Made by a program: the position numbers and the translations under genes. This document shows, one piece after another, positions 1 through 11,731 of a stretch of DNA of 64,000 bases. Location of the stretch: the NCBI GenBank assembly GCA_951406725.2, contig OX597840.1, positions 17,670,001-17,734,000 of the forward strand, written 5' to 3'. The stretch is from Octopus vulgaris. Taxonomy: Eukaryota. The notes beneath the pieces are model-generated. The model searched no databases. It was not told the DNA's origin and was given only the letters and a program-made list of their open reading frames with translations. Within the stretch, counting starts at the first letter, position 1. Every line of letters begins with the position of its first letter.

Positions 1-176
1 AAAAAGAACCGTTAGTAGTTTCGATGTCAAAGGCAGCTAGGAGGAGGAGAAGGGTTAAAGGGATAGTAATTAGGGAACAAATAGAGAGGGAGGGATACGT
101 TGATTAAAAGAATGTTCAAAGGCTTAGGAAAAAATTCCTCTATTGAAGTGAAGTGCAAGTTAACTAACTGTTCAAA

Positions 177-332
177 CTATAAAGACTGGCGAAATCCCTT
201 ATATGAGCTAAAAGTATGTTTCTGCCAGTGTTTATATTTGTATGATCTCTCTATGAGTGTGTTTACAAGGGGATTCTTCGAGAAGAGAATATGGAAGAGT
301 TCAGAGTTGCAAATGTTACAAAATCTCTTGTC
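177..332 (-). mobile_element. Penelope-like GIY-YIG C-terminal remnant (DKRFCNICNSELFHILFSKNPLVNTLIERSYKYKHWQK)
   Basis: CxxCxxE...N...E...H pattern, same as at 54916-55116. Confidence 0.55.
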
Positions 333-369
333 CTTCATTCACCCATATGTATATGTATATATACACACA

Positions 370-612
370 CACTTTATTATCAAAGCTACAAAAACATCAT
401 AAAAATATCGCAAAAAACTGCTACCCCTAGTTTCATGTTTCCATTCATCGGACAATTCTCAATCTAAACCGTCCGATGAATGAGAACATGAAACTCTGAG
501 TAGCACTTTGTGATATTTTTGTATTGTTTTTGCAGCTTTAATAATAATAAAGCATATTACTCTACCTTCGGTATTTGAGTACTATTTTCCCCCCACCTTG
601 TTTCACATTTAC
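370..612. mobile_element. Palindromic Penelope-like fragment with two CCGATGA...GAAA hammerhead-like motifs (416-457 minus, 466-508 plus)
   Basis: Imperfect inverted repeat centred near 464; same family at 13518-13700 and 56908-56985. Confidence 0.6.
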
Positions 613-826
613 ATACATACATATATATACAATGGGATGCTTTCAGTTTCCATCTATCGAATCCACATTTATCCTTCTCTCTGCCTCTGCTGCTCTCTTT
701 GTATGTACGTATGTGTGTACTTGCATTAGATTTCTAACAAAATTCTTTAAATACATTAGCACCGTTCTCTCAGCTGTTCTCTTTACCATTAACCTGATAT
801 ATTTCTGCTTTTTTTTTTCTTTTCAG

Positions 827-953
827 AAAAGCGGGGTTTCACCACTGTGTGCTGACTTTAAATGGGGTCATGGGAGAAAAACCTAAAACAATTGACTTGA
901 ATGGTATGGGTAGCCATGATGAGAGACATCTTGTTTTGACCGAAAACAGATAG
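827..953 (+). CDS. Probable terminal coding exon of an unidentified gene convergent with ERCC5 (KAGFHHCVLTLNGVMGEKPKTIDLNGMGSHDERHLVLTENR*)
   Basis: Very strong polypyrimidine tract and CAG at 824-826; unique sequence; frame ends in tandem TAG TGA, followed by an AT-rich UTR-like region with ATTAAA near 1186. Reading frame is not certain. Confidence 0.55.
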
Positions 954-1450
954 TGACTGCGACCGGAATGGAAACGTTTTGGAGAGGATTTTAATGGAAG
1001 TTTATCAACAGGGATTTTGGGTGAAAAGGTCTGATGGGAATCTGCAAAGAAAAGTTTAATGAAAATTTTTTTTTTGAAAGAAGTATTTAGATGTATTTGA
1101 AAGGTGTCTTTTGGAAAGAAGCTTTGCAGAAATAAGTTGAAAAGGATATTTTTAAAAACAATGCTGTACAAAGAAACTTTTGAACATTAAAAAAATAGAT
1201 ATATATATAATTCAAAAGATTGTAATTGTCTGCTTATAAAAAATTGTTAAAGTTTGAGTGTTGGCATGTGGCCTGGTGGTTGGTAAGGGTGTTTGAACCA
1301 AGAACATAAGGGCATGGTTTTAATTCCTGCACTAGACTGGACTGGACTGGAAGTGGAGTGGACAGTGCATTGTATCCTTAAGCAAGATACTCTATTTCAC
1401 ATACCTCCAGCCTACTCAGATAGTAATGAGTACCAACCAGGTACTGGTGC

Positions 1451-1484
<34 letters not shown>

Positions 1485-2488
1485 GTGAAACATGCTGGAG
1501 GTTCTGAGTTGAGGGTGAGAAACCCAAGATGGTGTCTACGTCTACTTGTGACTATACAGGTAACTGAGACAATTAGCAAAACCATGTTACTAGTTTGTAG
1601 TTGCTCACAACTGACAGCTGGTTTTTCTTGTAAAATGCTATACAAAGCTCATCTGCTGCTATTGGCTATCTGATGTCATCATATAGTGGAAGTGCTTATT
1701 TAAATAATCACCTGAGGAAGTGCATTCTACTCCTTGGATGTGTGCTAATGATGAAACAACTTCTCACCGGGACCTATGATCAACTGCATTTCATGCCAAG
1801 GTTATCTGAGACTACATTATTCTATGTCTTCCTCTTTTATAAGAGTAATGAAGTTGACAAGGGCAAGGATATCAGAGAGCGGTGGGTGGAGTGAGAAGAC
1901 ATCTATTGTCTCCTCCCGACAGGGAGAAGTTGGTGGTGGTTTGCGGACCTGTAGAGGGAGCAGGCGTATTTTGACAAGTGGTTGGGGAGGGGAGAGTGCG
2001 TTGTACTTTGAGCCGGGGCGAGGGATTCTTATTTCAAGCAGAAGGTCCAGTGTTACATCATCTCCCATCGCTTACTCTCCTTTATCTTTTATCTTTTGTT
2101 TCAGTCATTCGACTGTGGCCATGCTGGGGCACCGCCTTGGAGGGTTTTACTCAAACAAATCGACCCCAGGACTTTATGTCAAAGCCTAGTACTTATTCTA
2201 TCGATCTACTTTTACTGAACCGCTAAGTCACAGGGATGTAAACACATCAACAGTAGTTGTCAAGCGGTGGTAGGGGACAAACACACATAAAGATACACGC
2301 ACACATAGACATACACACACACGTGTGTATGTGTGTGTATGTATATATATATATATATTATATTAAATTAGAGATAAAACCACTATTAGGCATCTCATAC
2401 AATGAAAAACTTAAGCCATACATAAGATTATTTAATTTATATTATTTAAATATATAACAAAATTATTAAAAAAATATAATTAATATAA

Positions 2489-2550
2489 CACTACGATCGT
2501 TTCATGGCTGTTAATTTCTTTAAATTTTCGAGTTAGTCATTCATCAGGTG
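2489..2550 (-). ncRNA. Minimal type-I hammerhead ribozyme motif
   Basis: CAC-CTGATGA-ATGACT...AGCCAT-GAAA-C-GATC-G-TA-GTG; GUA triplet, palindromic loop, one mismatch in stem II. Confidence 0.7.
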
Positions 2551-2674
2551 GTTTAAATATTTAACTTGGCGAGGTTTTATCTCTAATTTAATATAATATA
2601 ATATTTTACTATAAAATTGGATTCAATCCTAAATCTGATTTTTCCCTGTAAGTTTGGATTTATTCCCTAATATT

Positions 2675-2715
<41 letters not shown>

Positions 2716-3126
2716 CATACATACACACACACACGGTGGGTTTCTTTCAGTTTCCATCTACCAAATCCACTTACAAGGCTTTGGTCAATCTGAGGCTATA
2801 GTAGAAGACACTCGCTCAAGGCACCATGCAGTGGGACTGAACTCAGAATCCTGTGGTTGGGAAGCAAGCTTCCTACCACACAGTCACACCTTTTCGAGGA
2901 ATTATCACATGTGGGCAGTATGGGCGATTAACACCCTACACACACACACACACACACAGACAAACTAAATAGACTTATAGTATTTCGCTGCACCCCACCC
3001 CCATGGGGCTGTAGTTCTCAGTTCAAATCCCGCTCACCTCGACTCACTTTGACATGTATAAAATGTCCAAAAAAAAAAAAAAGGCCATGAAACCAAACCA
3101 AGATATCAACAAAATTTCTGTCAGTC

Positions 3127-3504
3127 TCAATTGACATCCGAATCACTGCTACTACTTTCAGAAAGTTTATAATCCACTGGCGCAGTTGAACGGGCAACTT
3201 TGGCCGAAAGCGGTTGGCTCCCTCTGCTGGAAACTGCTTTGGTCTTGCTGCCCTGCCCTTTTCTTTTAGCTGCTAACGAAGGGTGACGTGGGGGTAGCGA
3301 ACCCACTTTTCTCATCTGTTCAACCACTTCTTTAGCCTTCTTCATTCGCTGTTCATTGAGTGAAGTCGTAGGTTTGTCATCACAAACTGCTATCACCTGT
3401 TGGCTGCGCTGTAATGCACGTTGTACCCTCTTGCTGGTAAATTTCTTGCTGCCAAATGCATCTGGTGGTTCCTTAATGAAGAAGCTGGTGATTTCAAGTT
3501 GTTG
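3127..3504 (-). CDS. ERCC5: ERCC5 last coding exon with PCNA-interacting PIP box (QLEITSFF) and basic tail
   Basis: QxxIxxFF followed by SKRVQRAL; acceptor ttttttcacgcag; TGA at 3129-3127. Confidence 0.93.
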   Translation of the reverse strand, partial: QQLEITSFFIKEPPDAFGSKKFTSKRVQRALQRSQQVIAVCDDKPTTSLNEQRMKKAKEVVEQMRKVGSLPPRHPSLAAKRKGQGSKTKAVSSRGSQPLSAKVARSTAPVDYKLSESSSSDSDVN

Positions 3505-3549
3505 CTGCGTGAAAAAACAATAGATAAAGTAAATATATATATATATATC

Positions 3550-3985
3550 TAATATAGGATAACATTTTTCGAAAAAAATTTTATCAGTGGCCAGCATATT
3601 AAGAAATACCTTTAAAGGTTAAATTTATAAACAACTTATAAATAAGGGCAAAATAAAAAAAATTCTAATGCCAAATATGCCGAAACTAGACACATCGTCC
3701 ATAACCATATAATTCATCACTACAAGCACACGTCTCGAAGAAAGCCAACAGAAATTTCTAAAAAATTCCGTTATTACTATATTGGATCCAATTTCAGAGT
3801 TAATTCATAAGAACCTTCTCTTCGTCAGTGATAAATGCAGCAAAGAAATAAATGAAATACTTACTTACACCCATGGAAGAAGCAAACACTAAATCACGAG
3901 CACAATTAAGTACCCCAAATATATCCAAAATAGAAATTCTCCAGCCCATTCGAGACACATGTGATCGGACTGAAAACTCTCATAA
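3550..3985. mobile_element. Penelope-like/retrozyme-like repeat unit in (TA)n
   Basis: Circularly permuted homologue of 35547-36430; carries the hammerhead at 3775-3833. Confidence 0.7.
3775..3833 (-). ncRNA. Type-I hammerhead motif in the last ERCC5 intron
   Basis: TATCA-CTGACGA-AGAG...CTCT-GAAA-TTGGATCCAA-TA-TAGTA; palindromic stem III; one mismatch in stem I. Confidence 0.65.
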
Positions 3986-3987
3986 GT

Positions 3988-4037
<50 letters not shown>

Positions 4038-4417
4038 CGTGTGTGTATATTGTAAAGACAACAAGGTAATATTTCAAAGACAGTATTACCATGGAAACAT
4101 CAGAAAAATTGGGTATTATTACCCTTGCAAGACAACTTTTTCCATCTTGTAAGGGTAATAATACTCAATCTTTCTGCTGTATGAAATATTACTTTCTTGT
4201 CTGTATGATACGAAACACATTTGATGCCTCTGTAAAACAAATATAATCTTAAGTTTAAAATGTTGCTTTTTTCAGAAAATGGAAAAATAGTTTTACCATT
4301 CCATAGCAAAATTGTTTGACCAAAAGAACCGGCATTTGCAAGTAAAAATAAATACCGAAAAGAACGCATTTGGCCAAATTTGGACATACAACGATATGTG
4401 TATGTATATATATGTCA

Positions 4418-4495
4418 GGTCACTTTTGAGTGCTACTGGTAACATGTAACCCAGTACAACCTGTTGCATGGTCGGGTCGTCGGCGACTAAACTGG
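4418..4495 (+). ncRNA. HDV-like ribozyme fold at the 5' end of a retroelement
   Basis: P1 GGTCAC/ATGGTC, P2 CCAGT/ACTGG, P3 ACA/TGC, L3 ACCTGT with CC pairing GG (P1.1), P4 hairpin TCG-TCGG-CGA, J4/2 C-T-A-A; one mismatch each in P1 and P3. Confidence 0.6.
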
Positions 4496-4966
4496 CAACC
4501 CCACCAAGGTTGCTTGGTGAGGAGGGTGTTTATTGGACACCCTGCGGGATGAAAAACAAAACCCGTCAAAGGGCGGAGGAACTCTTGAGAGTCAACGGCT
4601 ATCCAATAAATGTCTTAAAGCTGTATCATGCGCGGGGACAGAGAAATAATAGGACTGAATACCCGGTCGCGCGATTAAACCATTGGGAGTGAAGGACTCC
4701 TAGCCTTTGTTAGGGCATCCTTCTAGGAGAAGGTAACTCAGGTAACTGGGATAACTCCAACATAAAACCTGCGGCTCAGTGGTTACCGATGATGTTGACT
4801 TGTTCTTCTTTTCGGATTATGGCTGCTGTTGCTTTGTGAGTGGGATTGACTCAGTGCACAACCTTTCCTCACTTTAAAAAAAATCTTCTTGCACAAGCAT
4901 TGCATGATAACAACATTGATTAAGCTTTGTGCAATGGCCATACTCGATAACGAGGGGGCAGCCACC
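4418..4966 (+). mobile_element. About 550-nt non-coding retroelement resembling an RTE-clade 5' UTR
   Basis: GC-richer block inserted in TA/TG microsatellite; contains GGCATCCTTCTAGGAGAAGGTAACTC, reminiscent of RTE 5' UTRs; no credible ORF. Confidence 0.55.
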
Positions 4967-5697
4967 ATGTATGTATACATATTTATTCAAATATGTATTA
5001 AAAGCCGCTCGAGATATATAAACGAAATCGAACACACCTGCACAAGGTGTGTGTGTTGTTAGTTCGTGGATCAGCTGCAGATTTTAGGTGTAAGAGAATA
5101 CATTCTCTCTGTGCCAGATCTAAAAAACACCTGAAAGTGTGTCATAATCAAGTGAGAAGGGAACCTGATGCGAGTTGCCTCCCTTGACTATGACCTACTT
5201 TGAGGTATTTTTTTTTTACACCAGACACATTGAGAATATATTCTCTTATGCCTAAAAACCATAGCTAACTCCATGTTTATAAATAAACCTTTCGCCTAGT
5301 GTGCTAATGTTTCTGCCAGCTCGCCACCTTAGCAAGGGGGTTATACTACCCAGCTTCGGAAACAAGTTCTTTAGGCAAATCACTATGTTACAAACCAACA
5401 TTGGTTATGGAGCATTATGTGGTGAGGGACAAGCACAAACACACATATACAGTTTCCATCGACCAAATTCACTCACAAAGCATTGGCTGCCCTGGCTCTA
5501 GAGTAGAAGACAACTTTCCCAAGATACCACATAGTGGGACTGAACCTGAAGCTACAAGGTTGCAAAGCAGGCTCCTTGACCACTCAGCCACACCTGTGTA
5601 TATTACATACATATATGTAATTCAAGAGGGTCCTGCCAAACCAATCAACTCCCCAGCCCTTCTACATATGTGTTTACAATAAAATCTGGTCCCTTAC

Positions 5698-5785
5698 TTT
5701 GGCAGGTTTATTCAATGCAGACAGAACGGGAAGTAAGATTTCATCTGTTTTATTCCTGGACCAACCTAACTTCTCGGATGTGTAT
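5698..5785 (-). CDS. ERCC5: ERCC5 coding exon 13 (YTSEKLGWSRNKTDEILLPVLSALNKPAK)
   Basis: GWxxxKTDExLxPV motif; cag acceptor, gtaagg donor. Confidence 0.95.
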
Positions 5786-6963
5786 CTGAGAGTCTGGAGT
5801 TAAGGGTACTGCATAAAAGACATGTTTAATTCAGAATGGTAATGGTTCTTGGATGGAATGAAATGGTGGCTTTGAAATGGTCATGTAATAATCCTTTCTA
5901 CAATAGGCACACAACCTGGATTTTGTGGGGAGGGGGACAGTAGAGTCAATCAACTCGACCCCAATATTCAACTGGTACTTTATTGACCCCGAAAGGATGA
6001 AAGGCAAAGTTGATCTTGGTGGAATTTGAACTCAGAATGTAGTGACGGGCGAAATACTGCTAAGCATTTTGCCCTGTGTGCTAACGATTCTGCCATCTGG
6101 CTGCCTTAATGGTGATGTAATAATGGTAGAGAGAGCAAAAGAATGTGAGGATAGCATGGAAATATGATGGTTGTGGATGGTAGGTAGAGGTTGGTGATGG
6201 TATGGATTTTTGATGGCAGTGGATGGGTTCTAAAGTACAGGTAGGTGATGGTGGTGGTAGTGATACAGGTATGTGATGGCAGTTACAGTACAGGTATGGA
6301 CGTGATGGTAGCAAGCATAGTGGCAGGTGATGGCAATCGTCTAAATAATAGATATGCGATGGTAGCTAGGGCAGACCATTGGGATGGTAATATGGAAATG
6401 TGATGTGATGGTAGTTAGAATAGGTATAGGGAGTGGTATGGACATAAGGCATATAAGGTGGATGGTAGCTATAGAAGTGGTGGTGGTGGTGCTGGTGGTT
6501 GTTACTGGTGGTGAGCAGGAAAATGAAATGGTGGCTTGTAAAATGGTAAATGGTAATTCCAGACAAATTTCTGATGTGAATATAGTTTTCAAACCTGTCC
6601 TAGCTGCAGCAACAAAGCAAAAACGAAAAGAAAACATGCATCGTAAGGATGATTATCATGGTGGTCATGGATGGTGATGATGGTGGTGATGGGTAGTTGT
6701 AGATGTGATGGTGATGATGGCTGTTGTGATGATGATGTGTTAAAATGCAGTGAAACAAAAACTAAAAATAAAAAAAAATTATTGTATAAAACAAGAACTT
6801 GCAAACTGCTGGAAACAGCAGCTAAATATCACTCAAGTGATACACTCTTTAAAAAAAGGGATGAATTTGAAAACAAGACTGGAGTGTCATGGCTGGAGCC
6901 CCTTGATCAAGGATCTCCTGGATCAGGGTTGGTTTGGGGTTAAACAACAACAACAAAGGATAC

Positions 6964-7066
6964 AGTCGGAGCTCATCCAGCTTGGGTAGGGCCCAGGAGA
7001 AAGGCTCCTCGGACTCGTCAACTTCAGGGTTTTCATAAGCTTCAACAACCGAGGGATTTGGGAAAC
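6964..7066 (-). CDS. ERCC5: ERCC5 coding exon 12 (GFPNPSVVEAYENPEVDESEEPFSWALPKLDELR)
   Basis: FPxxxVxxAYxxPxVDxSxxxFxWxxP motif of XPG; ttccag acceptor, gtatcc donor. Confidence 0.95.
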
Positions 7067-7785
7067 CTGGAAATGATTAAGGATAGAATATGTACAAGGA
7101 TTATCATTAACACCACCACCGATGTCATCACTACCATCATCATTACCACCACCACAACTATAATCATCATCACTATCACCACTGCCACCACCACCATCAC
7201 CATCATCTGCAACTGCCATTTCTAGGAGTGTTGGGTGGTTCTTTGGAGCCTTCTCGATTTTCTGGAATTTTTTTTTTTTTTTGGTGTTAGAAAGATTTTC
7301 TTCACCTTCCTGACATCACAGACATGGTAAATGGTGTTACATAACTCTATCACAGCCAAGAGAGAGAGACAGACGGAATTGACCCCTAGAAGAATGAAAG
7401 GTAAAGTTGACCATGGCAACGTTTGAACTCAGAATGTAAAGAACTGGAACAAACAGCACAAAGCATTTGACAGACACTCTACTGATTCTGACAACCAACC
7501 ATCTTACACACACACACAGATACTGACATACAAGCACACATACATTATATATACACATTTCGTTTCACCTAGCTTTGAAGTATTCTGTGTTATTTTTTTA
7601 ACACAATATGTTTTTAAGGGATTCCTGCAAAACGTAATACCTCAACTATGAGCTTTTAACAACACACATATATTAACTATATGATATTGGTAATGTTTAT
7701 AATATTAAGCTGCTTGTAACACAAAATTTGAATTTTCTTCTACTTGTGCAGCACTTTTGCACATCAGCAAATAGATTTTATGCTG

Positions 7786-8180
7786 GTTATATGACTAGAA
7801 GAGAATTAATGCATTCAAGCTTTGGTGTTGGAGAAGACTTTTACAGATTCTATGGACAGTGAGGCTCACCAATGGAGAAGTTCTTAAGATCAGGCCGAAA
7901 CAGTCGCTGGAGGCTAGGATCACCAAGCATAGATTGGCATATTTTGGTCATACTATGCAGAGAAAATCCCTGGAGAAGGGCATCATGCTCGGAATGGTCA
8001 GTGGCAAGAGAGGAAGAGGCCGACCAAGAACCCGCTGGCTTGACACCATCAAGAGGGATACCAGAATGGACATGGCCAATCTGAAGGAAGCGGCCCAGGA
8101 TAGAACTGACTGGAGGACACTGATCCATCGAGTAACCGAGAGTCGACTTCGACTGAGTGGATAGATAGATAGATAGATAT
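7786..8180 (+). mobile_element. 5'-truncated RTE/BovB-like LINE with (GATA)n tail
   Basis: LWCWRRLL...YFGH...SLEKGIMLG...GKRGRGRPRTRWLD...WRTLIHRVTESRLRL. Confidence 0.9.
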
Positions 8181-8906
8181 GTACTTCTATCTGGCAATTC
8201 AATTTCATTTTGGAAGCAGGGTAAATGTGTAGCACTGGTGGGTGGAGAGGACTGCAAATATCAATACTTGTTGTTCTTGTATACTTTTGGGAAGATTATT
8301 GTTTCACCTAGCTTTGATGTATTCGGTGTTTATCTTTAACACAATGTCTTTAAAAGGATCCCTGCAAGATGTAATATCTCAGCTACAAGCATTTAACAAA
8401 CACACGTACATCAAGTGTATGACATTGATAACATTTCTAACACAAAATTTGAATTTTGTTCTACTTGTGCAACACTTTTGCACATCAGCAAATAGATTTT
8501 ATGCTATTTGTATATACTTCTGCCTGGCTGTTGCAGATTCATTTCAGAAAAGAGTGGAGTATATAGCATTGATGTTCAAAAAACACAGCAAAATATCGAT
8601 ATTTTTAGTTCTTGTTCACTTTCAGGGGCATTTCTTTTCACCCAGTTTTGAAGCAAAATTTGAATACACATATATTAATAGCTATGCATTAAAATACGTT
8701 AATAGATACACACATATATGAATATATACAGATCTATACATAGACACATACATAATAAACAGACACGTTCATACATGCACACACATTAACATATACACAT
8801 CCATACATAGATATGAACACACAAAATATATATATATATATATATATACATCCATCACACACAGACACACACACACAGAGCAATATTATAGGAACTGTGC
8901 CATTAC

Positions 8907-8995
8907 CATCATGAATTTCCATTTGTCTAAGTTTGGATTTTAGTTTGATTTCTTGAGGAATTTTAATTTGATCTCTTGTAGAATCCCACCAGGTT
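8907..8995 (-). CDS. ERCC5: ERCC5 coding exon 11 (TWWDSTRDQIKIPQEIKLKSKLRQMEIHD)
   Basis: Conserved WW and KxKLR; ttccag acceptor, gtaatg donor; phase fits. Confidence 0.92.
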
Positions 8996-9089
8996 CTGGA
9001 AACAGAAAATTCAACAGTTTTGTTTGGTTGGCTTGTGAGACGACAGTGACATAATAATAATAATGATGATGATAATAATAATAATAATG

Positions 9090-9145
<56 letters not shown>

Positions 9146-10975
9146 TGTTTCAAATATTGCCACAAGGGCAGCAATTTTGGGGGAGGGGAGGAATGATTTA
9201 TAACGACCCCACTGTTCAAGTGGTACTTATTTTATCGACCCTGAAAGGACGAAAGGCAAAGTTGGCTTCAGCGGCATTCAAATTCTGAATGTAAAGATGG
9301 ACAAAATGCCGCTAAGCATTTTGTTTGGCATGCTAACAATTCTGCCAGCTTGTTGCCTTAATAATAATAATAATCTCCGTATCCTCACCTTTGAGAAGGG
9401 CCAAATGGTGATGTTAACCCTTTGAGAATCAACACACCTGAGGTTGCCCTGGTTCTAAGATATAAACTCTTCATGCTTTAAAGTGATCTGAGTTTAAAGT
9501 TTGCATCTGCGTTTTATGTTCCAAACACCAGCTGAATAACGACAAAAGTAATTTTACAAAATTTTACTACTACATAGGTGCAGGTGTGGCTGTGTGGTAA
9601 GAAGCTCACTTCCCAACCACATGGTTCCAGGTTCAGTCCCACTCGGGAAAGGGTCTTCTGCTATAGCCTCAGGACAAACAAAACCTTGTGAGTGGATTTG
9701 GTAGACAGAAACTGAAAGAAGCGGCGAGCTGGCAGAAACGTTAGCACACCAGGCGAAATGCTCAGTGGTATTTCGTCTGCCTTTACATTCTGAGTTCAAA
9801 TCCCACCGAGGTCGACTTTGCAATTCATCCTTTTGGGGTCAATAAATTAAGTACCAATTACGCACTGAGGTTGATGTAATCGACTTAATCCCTTTGTCTG
9901 TCCTTGTTTGTCCCCTCTATGTTTAGCCCCTTGTGGGCAATAAAGAAATAAGAAACTGAAAGAAGCCCATCACATATACATACATACATATATATATATG
10001 AAAAATAAGTAACAATAGGGTAATAAGAAATTATTATTACCAGTGGCCTAGCACAAAAACGAATTAGTCATTAGACTATATATTATTCACATAGAAATAC
10101 AATAAGAGGCTTCTAAATAGGAAAGCCTTGAGCTAGAAAGAGCAGTAGAAAACTCAAAACCACCAAATAAGGATATATATATAGATATCATCATCGTTTA
10201 ATATATATATAGATATCATCATCTTCCATGCATGCATGGGTAGGATGGATGACAAGAGCCAGCCAGGTAGTAAACTACCCTAGGCTACTGTGTCTGTATT
10301 GGTAGGGTTTTTATGGCTGGATGCCCTTCCCAATACCAACCACTCTGCAGAGTGGACCCAGTGTTTTTCACATAGCACTTGCACAGGTGAGGTTAGTTTC
10401 GGCATGATTTTTACAGCTGGATCCCCTTCCAGATGCCAACCACTTTACAGTGTGGACTGGATGCTTTTTATGTGGCACCAGCACTGGCAGGGTCAGCAAG
10501 TAACTTGCAAGACAAGGAATTTTGAGAGGGGCAGGGGCATTTTATATATACATATATCTATCTATGTGTGTGGGTGTGCCTCTCTGTTTGTCCCACCACC
10601 CACCACCACCTGACAACTGGTGTTGGTGTGTTTGCATTCCCATAACTTAACAGTTTGGCAACAGAGACTGACGGAATAAGCATCAGGCTTAAAAAACGAA
10701 ATAGTGGGGGGGGGGGGTCGATTCATTTAACTAAAGATTCAAGGCGGTGCCCCAGCATGGTCGCAGTCTAGTGACTAAAACAAGTAAAAAATAAATTCTT
10801 CATTATTTTCAAAAATCTATTTCAACAGAAATATGGCAGTGAAAGAGTTTGGCCATGCAATGGATGAACTTCACCACACAACATTAACTGGTCATGGCTG
10901 GAGAGTGTTTGATTATAGTCTAACCAACATCAACAGCAACAACAACAATACTACTAATAAGCTACATTTACTTAC

Positions 10976-11120
10976 TTGAGTGTCTGTAAACCTTCCAAGT
11001 GTTTCCCGTTGAATTCAGCAAGTATTTCCAGGGCCGTCACAGGACCAACCCCTGCAATACCAGGGGTGTAGTCACTGCCACACAGGAACGCCATCTTGAT
11101 TAATTTCTCTCGCTCCAAAC
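10976..11120 (-). CDS. ERCC5: ERCC5 coding exon 10, H2TH ([25 protein letters not shown])
   Basis: GSDY...GVGPVTA motif; tag acceptor, gtaagt donor. Confidence 0.97.
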
Positions 11121-11731
11121 CTACGGGTAACAACAATAACAACATCATTATCATCATCATGTCCATCATCACTGCAACCACCACTATCGTCATCATCATC
11201 ACACATTGGGAAGTGTTAGTGTGTATCTGTATGCATGTTTGTGTGTGTGTGTGTGTGTGTGTGTGAAGTGTCATCAGACAGGGTGGACACATTGGTGGTG
11301 ATGATGATGGTGAAGAATCATCATCATCCAACATCCGTTTTCCATGTTGTCATGGATGGGTTGGATGGTTTGACAGGAGCTGGAAGCCACACCATGCTCC
11401 ATTCGTCTGTTTAGGCTTGGTTTCTACGGCTGGATACCCTTCCCAACACCAACCACTTTACAGAGTGTACTGGGTGCTTTTCACGTGGCACCCACACCAG
11501 CAGGGTCACTGAGCAACTTGCAAGATGGGAGGGAGAGGAGGTGGCTTCACCTTTGGTTGGATAAATCCCATCACCATTGCTGTCATCATCATCATGATGA
11601 CAACCACCACCATCGTCGCTGCCACCACATCTATCTTCTTTCATATTCCATCTACCATATCTATGAGAGCATGTATCCCTGCCCCATAAAATTCTGTTGA
11701 CTGTTCTTTGAGCCACTTCTTCACTACAGTT

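Noticed and set aside
1706-1770. CTGAGGA...GAAAC possible hammerhead
   Set aside because: GAAA does not directly follow the stem II helix and there is no convincing stem I or cleavage triplet
6530-6625. Strong minus-strand acceptor within ERCC5 intron 12
   Set aside because: The required phase hits an immediate TAG, there is no XPG similarity, and the model is complete without it. A poison exon cannot be excluded.
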